NCBI GenBank assembly: GCA_051294375.1
Contig: CM119263.1
Location: 22,532,833 to 22,596,832 of the forward strand
DNA from: Paraspadella gotoi
Taxonomy: Eukaryota; Animalia; Chaetognatha
Direction: 5' to 3'
Length of the DNA: 64,000 nucleotides
A model generated the notes under the pieces. The model saw only the letters and a program-made list of their open reading frames with translations. It did not search any database and was not told where the DNA came from. Made by a program: the position numbers and the translations under genes. This document shows, piece by piece, positions 28,462 through 42,677 of this stretch. The first letter of the stretch is position 1. The number at the start of each line of letters is the position of its first letter.

Positions 28462-31400
28462 AGTGGAATTGCTTATTAGNNNNNNNNNNNNNNNNNNNNN
28501 NNNNTTGCTCGAGAAAATCTGTTTGCGGTAGAATAATTTTTGTTGTTGGTTGGTCAGTTATAATGTCAGTTATAATGTCAAGTCTCTGATTGCATAATTG
28601 TCTAAGAGTAGATGACATTTGGAAGGGTTCACTTTCGTGGTAAATGGCATAATATTTTTGAGATACTTCACGGAATGGAATTTCACAAAGTTGCTCCACC
28701 TAAAATAAAGGCTTGCGTTTCTGATCATTGTAATTTTGTATCACACACATTATTAATGATACCACAAAGCATCTCACTAATCCAATGTAACGTGTAACCT
28801 TTCAAATGGGAAAGAGGATTTTCAATCCGTCTGTCTCTCTTCCTATGGAAAACGAATCTAATTTAGTCATTGTCATTATTCTCTTTGTCCTTTCTTTATT
28901 GTCCTTTTTTATTGTCACTTTTTCCCCTTTTTTCCTCCTTTTTTTTTCCTCAGGCGACGGATTGGTTTTAGATTACGTTGAGTCGAGAGACACTGATTTA
29001 TTTCCTCACAAAAAAAAAGGAAAAAGAAATTTCAAGGCTTAATTGTCCATTTTAAATCCGAATTTCAATTTCAATTTTAAATTAAATATTGATAATATTT
29101 TCTTCAGAGTTTCGTAAAGTTAATATCAAAACTAATGATAATAAATCTTCTAAGACTTTCAGGGTCTGTCAGAAATCTCTTTTGAGATCAGCCTCATCGA
29201 AAATCTCATTCGCTTTTTTTTGATTTACAAATAAACAAACTAGTTACTAAGGCAAACGAGCATCTTAAACTCGAGGACGGAAAAAACTAATTGCCGGTTT
29301 TAATAAAAGAAAAATTCTTTCACATCGTGAAAACCGTCATTTTTATTCTGTCGTCGGCGAAGGAGTCATTTCTCAGGAACTTTTTCACGACCTTCCCTTT
29401 TCACGATTTACGATTTCACGTGTTTTTTTTTTAAACTCGAGTGAAATCTAGTTTCTTCATCACAACCTTTCACGATTTTGTAAGCGCGACTTTCAACTCG
29501 GGTGAAAGAATGTTTTCTGTTCATGAAGGAGCGTGACTCGAATATAAAATATTTCTTGCGCTCGACTATCATACATATTCCAGGCTTAAATTTTCACAGA
29601 AAGTTAGCCCAACTTCATGACAAGTCAAAAAAGTCTCTCGGCTCAATTTTAATTTTCTATAATTCTAATAATTTTCCTCATTGTTTTACACCCAAATTGT
29701 TTCATGCAATCGATAAAACCAAAATAAAAATTATGCATTCATTCAATCATAATATCATAAATATGATCATGTGTTATATCATATGTTATATCATATCATA
29801 TGAACATATTATTTATTCTCAGTCGAAATGCACTATATTTTTTTCATGGTTCATTTGTCATGGAAATGGTGATTCTCGGGCCAATGGTTTGACCTAAGAT
29901 TAATTCTCGGCGGAAATAAATCACACGAGCGAATTTTGTGAAACGACGGGCGGTGATCTGGTGCAGTGAAGATGGCGAAAGTGGCGAAAGTGACAGCTGA
30001 GATAGCACAGATGGCGGCGGCGGCAGCGGCGGCGGAAAATGGCGGCGAATAGCGGTGGCTGGCGGCGCCGCAACGCCGAAAACTAACGACTCGTGTCGCA
30101 GCCATAAACAGAGCGTCATTTCTCTTACATTTCCCCTTTCGGACCGCGGTCGGCGTCGTCGTCGTCATCGTCGTCGTCGTCAGCCCTGAACAAGACTGAA
30201 AGTACACAATAATAAAACATCAAAGCCAACATGATGGAAAAAGATTTTTCAAAAGATGAAGAGGGGGTCAGGCCTTTCATGGGGGGGGGGAAAGGCAAGC
30301 TGAGCGGAGGGGGGGGGGTTTATCGCGGTCGAAAACGACGAAGATGATTTTCATGAAAAGAGAGTTGAAACATTGAACACATTTAATCACTTCGCATCGC
30401 ACGATGCGAAAGCGACGTATGTTATCCCTTAGGCAAATATATCAAACATTAAATATTCGATTTTTCTTTTTAATGCGCACAGAATCCGCAACTGCTACAA
30501 ATACTGAATCCGACATAATTTTTTGGAGACGCCGAAAAAGGCGTTAAATATTAACTTTCAAAAAGAAACTTGATGCTTAAAAAATATCTTCTGAAGATTG
30601 TAAAAAATTGCCATTTCCGATTTTGAAGGTCAGAGTGATACTTTTTGACAGTTTTTTTTAAAAGAAAAATGTCAACGCTGACGTGATGTTCACTTTTTTT
30701 GTTGTCATTGTCAATATTATCTCATCGCTGTCGCGTCGTTGTCGTCGTCGCCACCATTGTGTCGCAAAAAGTACTTCAGCAGTCTCTTACGATATGGTTA
30801 AAGCGTTTACTTGGTTCAGCTTACAATTTCAAAATAAATAAAAAAAATTCTCAACTTTCCTTGGCATTCAAATCAGAAGTCGAAAGTAAAAATGGACAAA
30901 TACATATTTTTTTTCCCAAAATGATAATCTTTATCATTAGAAACGAGTGGAGAGTATCTAATCATCCTATAGTATCGAAATTTGTGTTGTGGTACAAAGT
31001 TAATCAATATTGTAAGTAACAACTGAACAATATTGGAAACGCATTTTTTTTTCCAAGATGCAACGTTTGTAGTACGTAACGTTTTACTAATTATGTCTTT
31101 AAGTAATAAATAATCTATATAATATATCTATTCTTACGTTTATCGATTAAGTCGCTCAGCATCCCGCGATGTGCTGCTTGTACGGAGACTCGGGTCGGTA
31201 ATTACAATTAAATCCGGGATCCATCCGCGGTCCCGGGTTAAATCCGGGGCCCCTTTGAAAATCTGATGTATCTCCTCGGCGGACGTCCGACGTCCCCGCT
31301 ATATTTTTTTCACAGAGTTCGACGAGAGAGATTAGTAGTTTTTAGTCCATTCGGCGAATCAGGGTTAGTGAAAAAAAAAACAAAAAAAAAACAGAAAACG

Positions 31401-34400
31401 AAAGTTTAGTTTGTTATTTAAGATTTTTTATTTGACATTCATCGATAATCAAGTACTAGAAGTATAAGAGTTAATCACTGCGAGTAGTTAATGTCCTCTG
31501 GCGAACTTACTTCTGGCGAACTTACCTCTTTCGTTGGCGTCTCCGTAGATTCCGTCGCTGTTCGTTCTGGAGGAGGAAATATAAGAGAGAGAGAATTATA
31601 AACGATATTTATTAATATTACTTATTAAGTAATTAACTCCTTAAAAAATTACATTCGCTCAAACGATTTCTCTCTAAAACACCTGAGCTCACGATTGAAT
31701 TGAACGAAACAAAAATTAAATACGAGAAAAAATCAAAATCAAACAAAACAAAAATGGCGAACCAAAGCCTCTAATTAGTTTATCAAAACAAAAGGCTTTT
31801 TTTTCCTTCCTCCACCTCTGCTTCCTCCTCACGTGAGATAAAAATAGGAAAAAAAGAAAGAAATTCCCGCGGGAAATGGAAATGGGAATGAAAATGAAAC
31901 GCGGGGAACAAAAAGGAGAAATCGGAAAAAGCGGTAAAACAGAAATGAGGAGAAAAAAAGAAGAAAAGAGAAAAAAAAGAAAAGAAGAAAGAAAGAAAAT
32001 GAAAAAGAAAGAAGGGATCCGTCATCGCCAAGAAAAGAAATGAAAAGGGAGACAAAAATAATCGTCGGAGCAAAAAGAAAAGCTACGTAAAAAAAAAAAC
32101 AAAAAAACTGCTGCAACCCTGCCGGTCGTCATCGCTCGTCATCGTCGTAGTCGTCATCGTCTTCCACGTCGTCCCCAGAACGCAGTCAGATCTAAAAAGA
32201 ACCATAAGTTTTTCTTCTGAGTAGAGAAGAGTTATAAGTGAAAGAAGGAGGGAACTTAAGAACTAGACTCTTTAGTTAAAAAACAAAGAGACGAAAGAAG
32301 ATAAATATTTTCTTCGAAATTTCGACAATTTCTTTTCGTCGTCGTCGTCACATCGTCGTCGACCTTTCACCGAGTCAAAAGGGATGAAAATGTAAGGCTT
32401 TTCTTTTTTCCTTTCGAAAAAATCTTTCTCTATATTTCGATTCCGCTCAAAGAGACAGGGCTGACGTATGATAACTTTCAGATATTGTACTCCGTGAACT
32501 CCGTGTTTTCTCTGTTTCTCACGACCCCCAAAAAATAACCAAGGACACGGAATATTGTTAACTTTAAAAAAAAAATCACATTTGGCGCGCTAAATTATGC
32601 GAATATATTCAATCTCCCATGATATCGTTTTGTCCTTGAAAAATGCGTGGGCGTGCCATAGGCCGCGAACGTAAGCTGTGACGATATTTGACAATCTTCA
32701 GAAGAAAAAAAAAGAGCAGTCGTGAAAGACTTGTACAACCATAAAACTACAATACAAAAAAAATTAAAAAAAATATATAATAAATAAAATAAATAAATAA
32801 AAAACATTACTGCAATGTCATGACGACGAAAAATTTACCATTTATCCATCATATGTAAACGAAAAAAAATTTATTATAAGAAAATATTAACAAAATACAA
32901 TAAAATCCGTAAAAATAAAACAAGAGAAAAAAACTAAGGGATGCGATTATGGGAAGGTGCCGTGACTAATGTCCATTCCTTTTTTGGTCGTCGCGACATC
33001 TATTGTTTTTTTAAAAAATTTTCCAAAGAGAAACGAGAAAAGAATCGCACATTACTTTTTATGGCTAAAATTGGGAAAATTGAGAAGGGCCAGTTATAAA
33101 AAAATAGAGAAAGGCCAGTTATAAAAAAAAAAAAATTTTAATCGGGTTATGGGAAGTAAAAACTCGGGTAAGCTCCTGGTAAGTTGGATAAACGACGGCG
33201 TTATCGATGACTGCGACGACGTCTCGACAAGATGGTCGATTTTCGTGGAAAATTGGAAAACGACGGAAACCGGAAAATGAAAACAAAACAAAAACGAGAG
33301 ATGAAAGCGAAAAAACGAAACAAAAAAAAAAAGGAGGAAAAAAATAAATGAAAATGAAAAGAACGAAAAATCACCATAAAAATTGAAGGGAAAACATAAC
33401 AAAGGCGCCGATGGCGCATGGAACGAGTCAACAGATAAATCGCGAATTGGGGTAAAAAGATTTATAAATTCTTATTTCTGAACTAATTATATTAAAATAA
33501 TCATGCTTAGAAAGAGTTGACATTTACAGTTTATATAAAGCGAAAAGATTTTAAATCGGCATTACTCCAAATTAAAACAACAAATAAAAAAAACAAATTA
33601 ACAAAAATCATAAATTACGATTCAACTCAAAACCTACGTGAAAGGATTCAGCCAATTTCAGTTCATCCATATCTTCGTTCAGGCGGGTCCGGTGATATTC
33701 CCGTTTCGCGCGTTCCGGCGACGTGCCCGTTCGGCTGCCCAGCGGACGTGCCCGTTCGGGTGGCTGTTGATTCGGTTGTTGTCCTTCTTCCGGGTAAAGG
33801 GATGTTGACAGTGGCGAAGGGAAGCGTAGATGTTTTCTTCCTCTCCTGATAGAGAAAATGAAGAAAGGGGAAAGTTTAAAAAGAAAGAGGAAAAGAGGAA
33901 AGAGAAGAGGAGAGATGGAGAAGGGAAAATAGACAATGCTCGAAGGAGAAGAGATGAATGAATCGGAAGGAGATGGAAATGAACAATCATTAAAGTGGTG
34001 AGTGAGGGAGAAAGCAACAGCTTTGAGTAAGTCCGCGCGGGTGAAGTTTGGGTTGAGTGGGTCCACCCCAAATATCGATTTGGTTTTAAGAGGTAAGTCG
34101 TTGATCGATGACGAAATCCAAGGACGCGGAAAAGTCAAAGAGCCAACGACGCCGCCGCCGCGCGCGCCGCGCTGACGACAATGCCGCGCCGACAACGACG
34201 ACAATGACGACGACGCCGATAACGTCGACGACGACAACGACAAACGACGTGGAGAAAATGACGAAGGATTCTGGGAGTCAAAACGTGGGAAAGTAAAAAA
34301 GAATTTCTCTCGGGTGGTAGCAGAATTTTGACAGGGCATTTCTTCTCAGAGATAAGTAAGTATTTTTCGGGTGTGGCTTGTACGTAGGTCTTTGAGATCC

Positions 34401-37400
34401 AATCCAAGCCAAGTAAGGATTATCGCGTCGTCATAACGTTAGGACAGAGAGACTTTCCAGTTCTGCAGGTTTACTAAGGTTCTTTTTTTTTTTTATCTTC
34501 TTTCTTCTTTTTTCAGTGTGGTGTGTGAGAATCTAATTTTTTTTCCCCGTGGAACAAAAACGTCAAAATAGATGAAAAATAATGGATTAACTTTTTTTTT
34601 TTTCGCCTCCAGCAAAGTTTCTGGACGACGGGAAAATATTTAAGCCTTGTCTATTGCGTGGGAAAATGACCAATGGTCATTGACCATTCGCCAATCAGCT
34701 ATCGCAAATTAATATCGTTCATTATTTCCTACGGTTAATGAGTCTTTATCCTATTGGTTATGATTTATCGTTCATTTCTCATTAATCAATATTCATTTCT
34801 CATCGTTCATTTTCGCTTCGTCATCGTTCGTCGACGCGATGATGATTCATCATTCATTCTCTCACTCATCATTCACAATTCGCTCCGCATCGATCCTCGT
34901 TCCGCAACTTCGAACGCTGACGCCGCCCGCACCTCAGCCGCCTCAGCCGCCGCCAGCAGCAGAATCGCTTCTTACATTGACGTTGCGATGTTGAATCGCT
35001 GGATAGAAATGATGTTGTGACGCTTCTTCGATGATGTTTCGAGATTTTTATGGCCGATCAGGGCGTGTCGGAAGTTGAGACTTTTAACGAGAACACCGTC
35101 TTAACCAGAACTCTGTTGATAGTTAAGGGTCGTAAAAGCAGTTGTACCTTTGTTTTTGAGTGCGATATAAACAGGAAATGTAGGCGGATGAAGTTGATTA
35201 TATAAAACGTTGAGGGTATTGACCGTGTTGAGACCGAGGAGGTCACGTGATCAGGAGGTTTTTAGAATTAGAGATCACGTCGAGCTTGGCGGATTAAATA
35301 TAAATCGAAGAGCGGAAAATTGAAAAAATGTTTGGAAACCGCCTCTAGGTCGTCGGCAGTGAGGTGCCGCTGCGTCGACGGCGGAGGCGGGGGGTTGCAG
35401 CTGCGGCGGAATAGATAGAGTCATGAGAGAAAAAGAAAATAAAGTGAAGACAAAGAACAAAGGCAAAATTAGGAGGAGAAGGGAAGGTAGAGGAAATAAA
35501 AAAAAATAAAGGACAAAGGAGACAAAGGGGAAAGAGAGGCAAAAAAAAAGAGAAAAAAGAAAAGAAAAAAAAAGGGAGCTGAAAAAAGATGGCGGAAAGA
35601 GTGAAGGGGACCGAGAGGTGTTAAAGTTTAAAACTTGTCACCATTCACAAAGAAAAAGAGAGAGTGAAAATGAAAAATATGAGGAATGAGAAAAGGAATT
35701 TTTTGAAAGTAAAATTGAGAAATCGTAAAAAAACGGAAAGAAAAAAACCGGAATAAAGAGAAAAGGAAGAAGTTAAGAAGTAAAGTAGAGAAAAAAGAAA
35801 GAAAGCGAGTTAAAGAAAAGTAAAGAGATGAAAAGATTAAAAAAAAATCCGAAAGAACCAATTCAACTTCCTCCCTAACGCGCCTCATGAGAAAGGCGCT
35901 AAAATAATCATGTTTGGGATCGGCTCTCGCGTGAAGGGTAAGTCATGGGAAAGGCAAAGAAGGCGGGGACTAGAGTAAAAAAAAAGGTAAGAAAGAGAGA
36001 CGACATTTAGGGGGCGCTTGAGTTGCTCGAGCGACGCGAGTGGAATCGGAAAGAGGATCGTGGCGAGGAGACCTTCCCTTACGAGGCGTCAGGCGGAGTC
36101 TCTCTTAAATTTATGTCTCTCTTCTCGTCCATCTGATTTTCTCTCTCTCTCATTTTCTTTTCCTTTTCTTTATTTTCTTTGGAACTCATTTTTCTCTTCT
36201 AATTTTTTTTAAAATTTTGTTTCATATCTTTTTTTTTTCTTTATTCTTTTTATTTCTTCTTCTTTTGTTTCTTTTCTCCTCTTATCTTTTTCTCTTCTCA
36301 TTCTCTCTCCGTTCGTTTTCTCTTTTATTTCCCCGCGTTTCAATTTTCACTTGCCCGATTTTCACAGTTCCTGAGACGGGAATTTGCTGGTTCTTGTTTT
36401 TCGCCTAATTTTTATCTCACGTGAAGGAGGAAGCTAGAGGTTGGAGAAGAAAAAAAAAAGCTTTGTTTTGATAAGCTTAGAGTTAGAGCTGTTGGTTCGC
36501 ACATATTTTTGTTTTTTCGTGTTGATTTTGATTTTTTTTTCGTATTATTTTTGGTTTCGTTCAATCAAGTCGTCGAGGCGTGCAGTCGTGTTTTAGAGAG
36601 AAATCGTGTGTTGATTTAAACTGTAATTTTCTATAAGGAGTTATGATAGCTGTAGATAAGTAATAATTAAAGAAATATCGGTCTGTAAAATTCTCTCTCG
36701 ACTCTATATAGTTTCCTCCTCAGCAACGACCAGCGGACGTGACATCTAACGGAGACCGCCAAGCGAAAGGAGGTTAAAGTTCGCCAGACAGTAAAGTTCG
36801 CCGAGGATTAACATTCAACTACTCGCAGTGATTAACTCTTATACTTCTAGGTACTTTGATTATCCGATGAAATGTCAACAATAAAAAATCTTAAATAACA
36901 AAGCTAACACTTTCGTGTATTCCTGTTTTTTCATATTGTTTTTTTTTGGCCAGCTAACATCCTTATATGCCGAATGGAACATACAAAAAGTCTACACCTA
37001 ATACCCTCTCATCGTCGAACTCTGTGAAAAAATATAGCGGGGACGTCGACGTCCGCCGAGGAGATACATCAGATTTTCAAAGGGGGCCTCCGGATTTAAA
37101 CCCGGGACGCGGCGGATGGGACTCCGGCCGATTTGATTGTAATTACCGACCCGAGTCTCCGTACAAGGCAGCAATCGAGGGGATTGACTGTAGCGACTTA
37201 ATCGATAAAACGTAGAGAATAGATATATTGGAATTGAGAGCTATAGAGATTAGTGATTATTACTTAAAGACCATAATTAAAGTTCAAAAACGTTAAACGC
37301 TTACAAACGTTGCATTTTGGGAAAAAATGACTGGTTTCCAATATTCCAGTTGTTACTTTACAATATTGATGTAACTTTGTACCACAGACACAAATTTGGT

Positions 37401-40105
37401 TGAGAGGGAATCGATCTCCTGCCGTCATCGACAGTTATCTAATGATTAAACATTATCGTTTTGGAAAAAAAAATTATGTCCATTTTCTACTTTTCGACTT
37501 CTTGATTTGAATGCCAAGGAAAGTTTTAGAATTTTGTTATTTATTTTGAAATTGGTAAGCTGAAACCAAGTAACACGGCTTTTTAAAAACCATTATCGTA
37601 AAGAGACACTGTGAAGTCTTTTTGCGACACATATCGGTGGCGACGAACGATCAACACGACAGCGATGACTGATAATAGATTGACAATGGACAACAAGAAA
37701 AGTGGAACATCACGTAGCCGTTACATTTTCTTTTAAAAAAACTGTCAAAAAGTATCAACTCTGACCTTCAAAATGCCGGAAGGCAATTTTTTTACAATGC
37801 TTCAGTAAGATAATTTTTTTTTGAAAAGCATCAAGTTTCCTTTGTTTGTTGAAAGTTAATATTAACCCGCCTTTTTCGGCGTCATCACCAAAAATTAATG
37901 GTCGGTATTCAGAGTATTTGTAGCAGTTGCGGAGGATGATGCTATTAAAAAGAAAAAAATTTCGATTATTTTAATACGTTTTTGATATATTTGCCTAAGG
38001 GATCATTACGGCTTCGCTTTGCCGATCGTGGCAGATGCGAAGTGATTAAATGTGGTTCACATTGTTTCACATCTTTTTCAAAAGTCATACTCGTCGTTTT
38101 TCGAACGCCGATAAGCCCCCCCCACTCTCGCAGCTGCTTTCCCCCCCACATGAAAGGACCTCGACCACTAACTGCGCTCTTTTGAAGCAATCTTTTCCAT
38201 CATTGGGCTTTTGTTTATTGTGTTTTGACTTTTCAGTCTTGTGTCAGCTCGACGGACGATCTCTGTACGACGAAGTGGGACGACGACGACCGCCGTCACC
38301 GCGTCCGATAATAGGGGAAATGTAAGAGAAAATGAACTGCTCTGTTTATGGCTGCGACCGAGTCGTTAAGTATTTCGGACGTTGGCGGCGAGGCCGCCAA
38401 GCCACGGCGCTATCGCCGCGCATTTTCCGCCGCCCTGCCACTGCCTGCCGCCGAACATCTGGGTGGCTATCTTCAGCTGTCACTTTCCGCCACTTTCCGC
38501 CATCTTCACTGCAGCGGCAGATCAACCGCCCGTCGTTTCACAAATTCGCAGTGTCCGTGTGATTTTTTCCGCCGAATTAATCTTAGGTCAAACCATTGGC
38601 TGCCGAGAAATACCATTTCCATGACAAAATGAACGCTATGAGAAAAAAAATATAGTGCATTTTCGAACTGAGATAAATAATAATGAGTTCATATGATATG
38701 AAATTATAAACATATGAATACACAGTGAATCGTATTTTATGATATTATGATTGAAATGAATGGCCATTAATTTTTTATTTTGGTTTTATCGATTGCAAAT
38801 GAAACAATTTGCGTGTAAAACAATGAGGAAAATTATTGAAATTATAGTAAAAGTTAAGCGATTGAGCCGAGAGGACTTTTTACTGTCCATGAATTGGGCT
38901 AACTTTTGTGAAAATTTAAGCACTGGAATATGTATGAATAGTCGAGCGCAAGAAATAATTATTATATTCCGAAGTCACGCTCCATTCATGAACAGAAACA
39001 TTCTTTCACCCATGGGTACGCCGAGTTGAAAGTACTGGCGGCGATTACAAAATCGTGAAAGGTTGTGGATGAGAAACCTAGTTCACTCGAGTTTAAAAAA
39101 AAAAACACGTGAAAATCGTAATCGTGAAAAGGGAGAGGTCGTGGAAAAAAGTATCCTGAGAAATGACTCCTGTCGCCGAGACCAAGAATAAGAAATGCGG
39201 TTTTCACGATGTGAAAAGAAATTTTTCTTTTATTAAAACCGGCAAAATTTAGTTTTTTCCGTGCCCTCTGAGTTTATAGATGCTTCGTTTGCCCTTAGTA
39301 CTTAGTTTGTTTATTTGTAAATCAAAAAAAAAGCGAATGAAAGATTTTCGATGAGGCTGATCTCAAAAGAGATTTCTGACAGACCACCTGAAAGTCTTAG
39401 GAAGATTTATTATCATTAGTTTTGATAATTAACTTTAGCGAAACTGTTGAAAGAAAATATTATCAATATTTTAATTTAAAATTGAAATTGAAATTCGGAT
39501 TTAAAATGGACAATTAAGCCTTGGAGATTTCTTTTTCCCTTTTTTTTTTGTGAGGAAAATAAATCAAGTTGGTCTCTCGACTCACCGTTAATTGCTAAAA
39601 TCCAATCGTCGCCTTGAGGAAAAAAACAAAGGAGGAAAAAAGGGAAAAAGTGACAAATAAAAAAGGACAATAAAAAGGACAAAGAGAAATAATGACAATG
39701 ACTATTAGATTCGTTTTCCAATATGAAGAGAGACAGACGGATTGAATAATCTCTCTTTCCCATTTGAAAGGTTACACGTTACATTGGATTAGTGAGATTG
39801 CTTTGTTGGTAGTCATTAATAATGTGTGTGATACGAAATTATTACATGATCCAGAAATCGCAAGGTTTATTTTTAGGTGAGAGGCACAGCTTTGTGAAAT
39901 TCCATTCGTGAAGTATCTCAAATATTATGGCCATTTACGCACGAAAGTTGACGCCTTCAAATGTCATCTACTCTATGACAATTCAATGCAAATCAGGAGA
40001 CTTGACATTATAAAAGCTGACATTAATTAATGACCAACCAAACAACAAAAATATATTCTACCGGCAAACAGATTTTCCTCGAGCAAACTAATAAGCAAGT
40101 TCCCA

Positions 40106-40156
<51 letters not shown>

Positions 40157-40399
40157 CTCGTCTGCTTCCCGCAATCACAGAAAACCTGACCACTGGCGTC
40201 CTCTTTCCAATTCCTCATGGAATTTCAGAATAAATAAACAAATAAACGAACAAACAATCAAAACAAAAGGGACAAGTGGCGGTCGAATTCTCACTCATTC
40301 GTCACGAGAATGATTAATTCGTGAGAAACGATTAACTCGGCGCTGGTTCTAGCCTTCTCTCCTCAAGAATTGGAAATGGAATGGGAGAGAGAGAGAGAG

Positions 40400-40450
<51 letters not shown>

Positions 40451-41540
40451 AAAAAAAATAAAAAGAGGAAAAAATCTCTCACTCAAAATTCCATCTCCGG
40501 TCTTTGATGGAAATGCGCGCACCAGGAAAGCAATCATGAGTTTTCGTTTGAAAACAGATTATGCGATTTTTTCGCCCCAGATCGGCCTTTTCACGCCCGA
40601 TCGGTTTTCACCCCCGGTCATCTTATTCGACTCCATTCTGCAATTATGTCATTTTAATCGAGTCGAAGTAAATAAGAATTTCTACTTTTGAGTTATGACA
40701 AATTAACCTCAACTGATTCATTAAAAATAATAGGATTTCGACAAAAACTTTACTAAATAATACCACTAATCCTAAATTAATACTAATTAATACTAAATTA
40801 ATACTAAATTAATCCTAAATTAATACTAAATTATACACTAATCCTAATTTTATTACCACTATCAATAATGCACGAACCCGTTGTGAAAGATTAAATTAAT
40901 TTTTTCTCGTTAGCACTTGTCACAAATGGAACCTATGATTGTTTGCTACTTTAAACATATTTATTATTAACGGCCATTTTTTCCCGCCCTGAACACTTTT
41001 TTTTAGTATTTTATACAGTATTTTTTCGCCTCAAACCTAAAATTTTTTTTTTTCCTTCATCTCCACAACCCCTCAACCCATACACTGCCCCTATTTCGCA
41101 CGCCCACGTCACAGACGATCGCCGGCGTCAAAGTCCGGCGTCAATCCGCGCCCGGCGCCAACGTCGCCGGCCCGCCGCGGCCCTAGCTTTCGCCGACGCC
41201 TCTACGGGCAACGACGCGGCCATTCGGCAGTCGCGCGCACAATTCCGGCGGATCCTCCACGGATCCGCGAATCAGAGAATTTACCGGAAGTCCGCCTCGG
41301 CCGACAGAGACGAGACGCGCCGCCTGCCACGCTCTACGCGGCAAAGTGAGAGAGGTAGGTGGGTGGAGTGGGGAGAGAGGGGGTGGAGGTGGAGGAAAAT
41401 ATGGTGGTGGGATGGGATTTGGTGGAGATGTGGATTGGGATGCAGGTGGAAAGAAAACCAGAAAAGAAAAGAAAACACAGAAAAAAAAACACAGAAACGA
41501 AGAAAAAAACTGAAAAAAAAGAGAAAGAGAGAGAGATAAT

Positions 41541-41572
<32 letters not shown>

Positions 41573-42099
41573 AGAGAGTGAGAGCGAGTAAACGTCTTGT
41601 TCGCTGTTTATTTAAACAATCACTCTCCAGAGGGCATCTCACTTCGCGAACTTTTTCCCGTCCGGGTCTCGCCTCCCCCCCAACCCAACCTCGACCCCTC
41701 TCCTCCTCCACGCTTTCAATCTTTGCTGCTTTCCGTTTTGTCGTTTTGTTCCTCTTTTTTTGGGAGAGGGAGTAGAATGGGGGCGTTTGCGTCGTTTTTG
41801 TGGAGAAACTGTGAGGATCTGAAGCCGAAAGGAATATTAACGATTACGGGTTTTCCCGTCGTTTTATTTTTTAAATCTCGTTGTATTTTTCATTACTCAT
41901 TGTTTTTTTGGGGTTTTTTATATATTCGTTGAGGAAGGGTAGGAGAAGCGGATAGGATTTTGATCATAACATTTTTCGATCATTTGGTTGTGAGGTCATA
42001 TTTTTATCTTTTATCTTTATCTTTTTTACAATTTTTTTTTTTCCTTTCCCCAACGCCAGGTTAATATCATTTTTAGCGTGTTTTTTTTTCTCCTCTTCT

Positions 42100-42138
<39 letters not shown>

Positions 42139-42142
42139 CTCT

Positions 42143-42188
<46 letters not shown>

Positions 42189-42416
42189 CTCTCCTCCTTT
42201 TCTTTTTCCCTTCTTTACCAGACCTCATTTCCTTAATTCCTCAGCCGGTTTCTCCCCTCCGCCCCAGTGGAGGCGTTTATCTCTACATTAGTACTTGTTG
42301 ATTCTCACCATTGTCCGGTTATCGAGTCTCACTGACGTCTGTTTCCTCCTCTCTTCACGCTTCCTCCTTTTTACCGTTTCTCTCCTCTCTCTCTCTCTGT
42401 CTCTCTCATCTCTCTC

Positions 42417-42478
<62 letters not shown>

Positions 42479-42637
42479 CTCTCTCCCGGCGTTTTCCTCC
42501 TTCTTCCACTCACAATCGAAAAAAACTTATCTTTCCATCATTTTCGTAGTTTTTAACCATTTCGCATTCCTAGACTTTCCGCTCCACCATTTATCAGATT
42601 TTCGTTTTCTCCTCTCTCTCTCTCTCTCTCTCTCGTG

Positions 42638-42677
<40 letters not shown>

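Noticed and set aside
34975-35420. Further possible Dscam tail exons (ccgcag and tatccag acceptors, gtaaga donor)
   Set aside because: The two assembled copies disagree by indels and no consistent phase or homology could be set
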